In this document: positions 61,601-64,000 of the stretch, one piece after another
Layout of the letters: every line of letters begins with the position of its first letter
Position numbering within the stretch: position 1 is the stretch's first letter
Source: Amoebophrya sp. A120
Taxonomy: Eukaryota; Protista; Dinoflagellata
NCBI GenBank assembly: GCA_905178155.1
Contig: CAJINV010000002.1
Location: 2,043,216 to 2,107,215, forward strand
Direction: 5' to 3'
DNA: 64,000 nucleotides
Notes under the pieces: model-generated
Databases searched by the model: none
What the model was told of the DNA's origin: nothing
What the model saw: the letters and a program-made list of their open reading frames with translations, nothing else
Position numbers and translations under genes: made by a program

Positions 61601-64000
61601 GCTTGTGTGCATGAAGAACCCCATTTCGCGTAATTGCTTCAAGTCGGAGCTATTTTCGATCTGCAATAAAGTGTTGCTACGTATCCCGAGATTGAGACTG
61701 CTGGTGTCGCGACCTCCGGACTTGTTACTTCCTTTCATCGCCTTTACCATGGCAGAATTCCGTTTCGCCACGCTTTTCGCAAAAGCAGGACTAAAACTCA
61801 TTTCCTCGACCAACATCCTCTGCAGCATCTCGCTCGTCGCTGCGTACTTCATCTTCATTTCGTAAACCTCCGCCGGCCCGGTGCCGGACGATGCCATGAT
61901 CCGCATCAAGTGCTGCGTGGTTAAAGCGCGGAACTGGAGCTTCTTATCCAAATTCTCCATCTCCGCACTAAATGCTTTATGCGACACCGGGAGAGAGCCG
62001 GAAGGTGGTTTTATCAAGAAAATTCTCTCCAACACCAACTTCCTTAAATGAAACACCCTCTGCCTCTCCCCCTGCCCGAACAACTTCGGGTCCGTTTGCT
62101 CATTCAACACGTTCCAAAATTTCATCGCTTCGTAATCCGATTTCGACACGGTGGAGGTCGACTCATCCGTGGGCGCGACGGAGGAAGCCATTTGGTGCGC
62201 GATTCGTTTGTATCAACTGTAAAAATGTCTGGGTCTGGAAGAATTCATGTTTGTCATGCTTGTCTGGCATGACTCTTAAATCTGTCATGCACGTTGCCCA
62301 AGAGCTGCGTTTTTCTGTGATGCAGAAGCGCAGTTTGTCATGCAGAATAGGCAACACATAGGAGCTCAGAAACTTGTCATGCTGAGCCAGCATTTGTAGC
62401 CTCATCATGAGACGCTACCCAGCATCACAAGTTCCCAGACCCAGACATTTTTACATTTGGTAGTTTCGAAAACGCGGGTGAGAAAGTTCCGATGAACTTC
62501 AACGCTGCCGTTTGGAGAAAAATCGCGAGTTGCTTGTTCTTGATCTTCTCCTTGAAGAAGCCAAACTGCTGCGAAGCGTTCGTGGTGAGCAGTTTCTCGA
62601 TCATCCCGGTAATTTCCCCCGCAGCTAATGCGAGTTGGAGAGGCGTGTCGCTCTCCGAGCTCCGCGGCCCAGTATGCACTGCAAAAGTATCGTACTCGTA
62701 GTAATCGCAGTCATGCATTCGCATTACAAAGAAGAAAAGTGATGCGCACCCGTTCCGAAAATGTTGAAAGTTCAAAATTGAAAGCAAACCCACGCTGAAA
62801 CTTCTGAAAGAAAAGGAAGGAAAGAAATTGCTACCCTAACTCAATCCGATGCGAGAAAAGAAGACTTCTTTATAGTGAAACAGCTGCAGGCCGCATGCTA
62901 GTAGGTCTTAGACTTTCTAAGGTTTAGGTCGACGCTCAAGGCCCTAAGAGTAGTACTACTGCGCTAAGAAATAAAGAAGAACGACGGAGCTGCTGGATTT
63001 TAGTTTTTTCCCCCATACTGAGTGGAGCGCGTTCACCCTTGTAGTAATTACAATTACGCACTATGACTATATGGCACGTCGTAGCCTCTCGCTCCGTCCT
63101 GTAGATTGTATGCGCATAAGTAGATATCCGTAGCGTTCATAGTGATGAGCCCTAGGGAGACCCTACGGAGTAATAAAGTTGCTTTATAAGTCGAGCCGCT
63201 AATAGGAATGGGGGCGCTCAAAATCATGGCACTGCTAGCGGATTGAGATAAGGGGCAGAAGTAGTTGGGAGCATTTTAGGAGACGCCGGGGCACATATCC
63301 GGCGGGTGTCGGGCTACGTACCACACCCACAGTAGCCCACCAGCAAGACAAAAGCCGTGAAGCAGAAGCGAAGGGGCAGAGCGGCAAAGCAAGCACGGCG
63401 ACGATCACACCGGGGAGGCATCAGTGACAATTTTGCCAAGGCATCACGCAACTGAGAAGAGACGCGGACGGGTGCACTTTTTACATGACAAAGAAGAAAA
63501 GTGACGCGCACCCGTTCCGAAAATGTTGAAAGTTCAAAATTGAAAGCAAACCCACGCTGAAACTTCTGAAAGAAAAGGAAGGAAAGAAATTGCTACCCTA
63601 ACTCAATCCGATGCGAGAAAAGAAGACTTCTTTATAGTGAAACAGCTGCAGGCCGCATGCTAGTAGGTCTTAGACTTTCTAAGGTTTAGGTCGACGCTCA
63701 AGGCCCTAAGAGTAGTACTACTGCGCTAAGAAATAAAGAAGAACGACGGAGCTGCTGGATTTTTGTTTTTTCCCCCATACTGAGTGGAGCGTGTTCACCC
63801 TTGTAGTAATTACAAATTTACCTCTTAACCTAAATCCGCATTACAAATTCCATTTGTCATGCTGAGGGAATTTGTCATGCATTTATACGAGTACGATACT
63901 TTTGCAATCCATACTCAGCCGTTCCGAGTAACTCTGCTTTGCTCTTCCTGGTATTAGAAACTTTCTCCCCATTCGTCATGAGTTTCAAGATCATCAAGTC
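58638..64000 (-). CDS. Large hypothetical protein, 5' end outside the window
   Basis: Frame is open from the window edge through 3 introners to the stop at 58638. Ser/Thr/Gly-rich with a GKG-rich C-terminus. Confidence 0.72.
60008..60178. mobile_element. Introner family B
   Basis: DR gtgct/gtgct. Removal gives PIEHGADP. Confidence 0.92.
62211..62462. mobile_element. Introner family A
   Basis: DR gtttg/gtttc. Right end reads ggta instead of gata. Removal gives FSKRIAHQMAS. Confidence 0.9.
62673..63913. mobile_element. Introner family B with ~1.08-kb nested element
   Basis: tatgcactgcaaaagtatcgtactcgta...tacgagtacgatacttttgcaatccata. DR cccag/ctcag. Frame restored. Confidence 0.88.
62726..63815. 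mobile_element. Non-autonomous element with ~328-bp long direct terminal repeats
   Basis: 62726-63053 and 63488-63815 are near-identical (about 3 mismatches by eye) around a ~430-bp non-coding core. attacaaa occurs at both junctions. Confidence 0.8.

Noticed and set aside
3422-62793. Recurrent peptides YPVQKYRTR, VRYFC, NVKMSGSG, PDPDIF as a repeated protein domain
   Set aside because: They are translations of introner TIRs and disappear when the elements are removed.
62726-63815. Hammerhead ribozyme in the direct repeats (Penelope or retrozyme)
   Set aside because: I could not find a CTGANGA...GAAA core with supporting stems by eye on either strand.
1-64000. Alternative genetic code or frameshifting to explain broken ORFs
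   Set aside because: Nearly all breaks within the gene models are explained by an introner or a GT-AG intron under the standard code; the 34567-34930 gap remains unresolved.

Overview
Gene-dense eukaryotic DNA, most likely a syndinian dinoflagellate of the Amoebophrya type (inferred from the intron architecture, not proven). All reconstructed genes lie on the minus strand: several giant low-complexity proteins (one WD40-like, one with 4 IQ motifs, two helical/ARM-like), a very divergent histone H4 with a long new N-terminus, a TPGS1-like protein, an RLK/Pelle-type kinase with UIM and UBA modules, and an eIF3j-like protein. The dominant feature is 33 MITE-like introner elements in about 9 TIR families. 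Each has TAT...ATA ends (one ends GTA), a 5-bp direct repeat and a position inside a coding exon, and most lack GT-AG. At every junction, read by hand, removing the element plus one repeat copy restores the reading frame, and this holds for both element orientations. A short motif (GCATKACAAA and its reverse complement) is shared by these elements and by the GT-AG introns. Three introners host nested retroelement-like insertions. Intergenic GC-rich islands contain a separate class of GTCAG-ended elements with 4-bp target duplications and central motif arrays. No transposase gene is present. All gene models are hand-made and need RNA confirmation.
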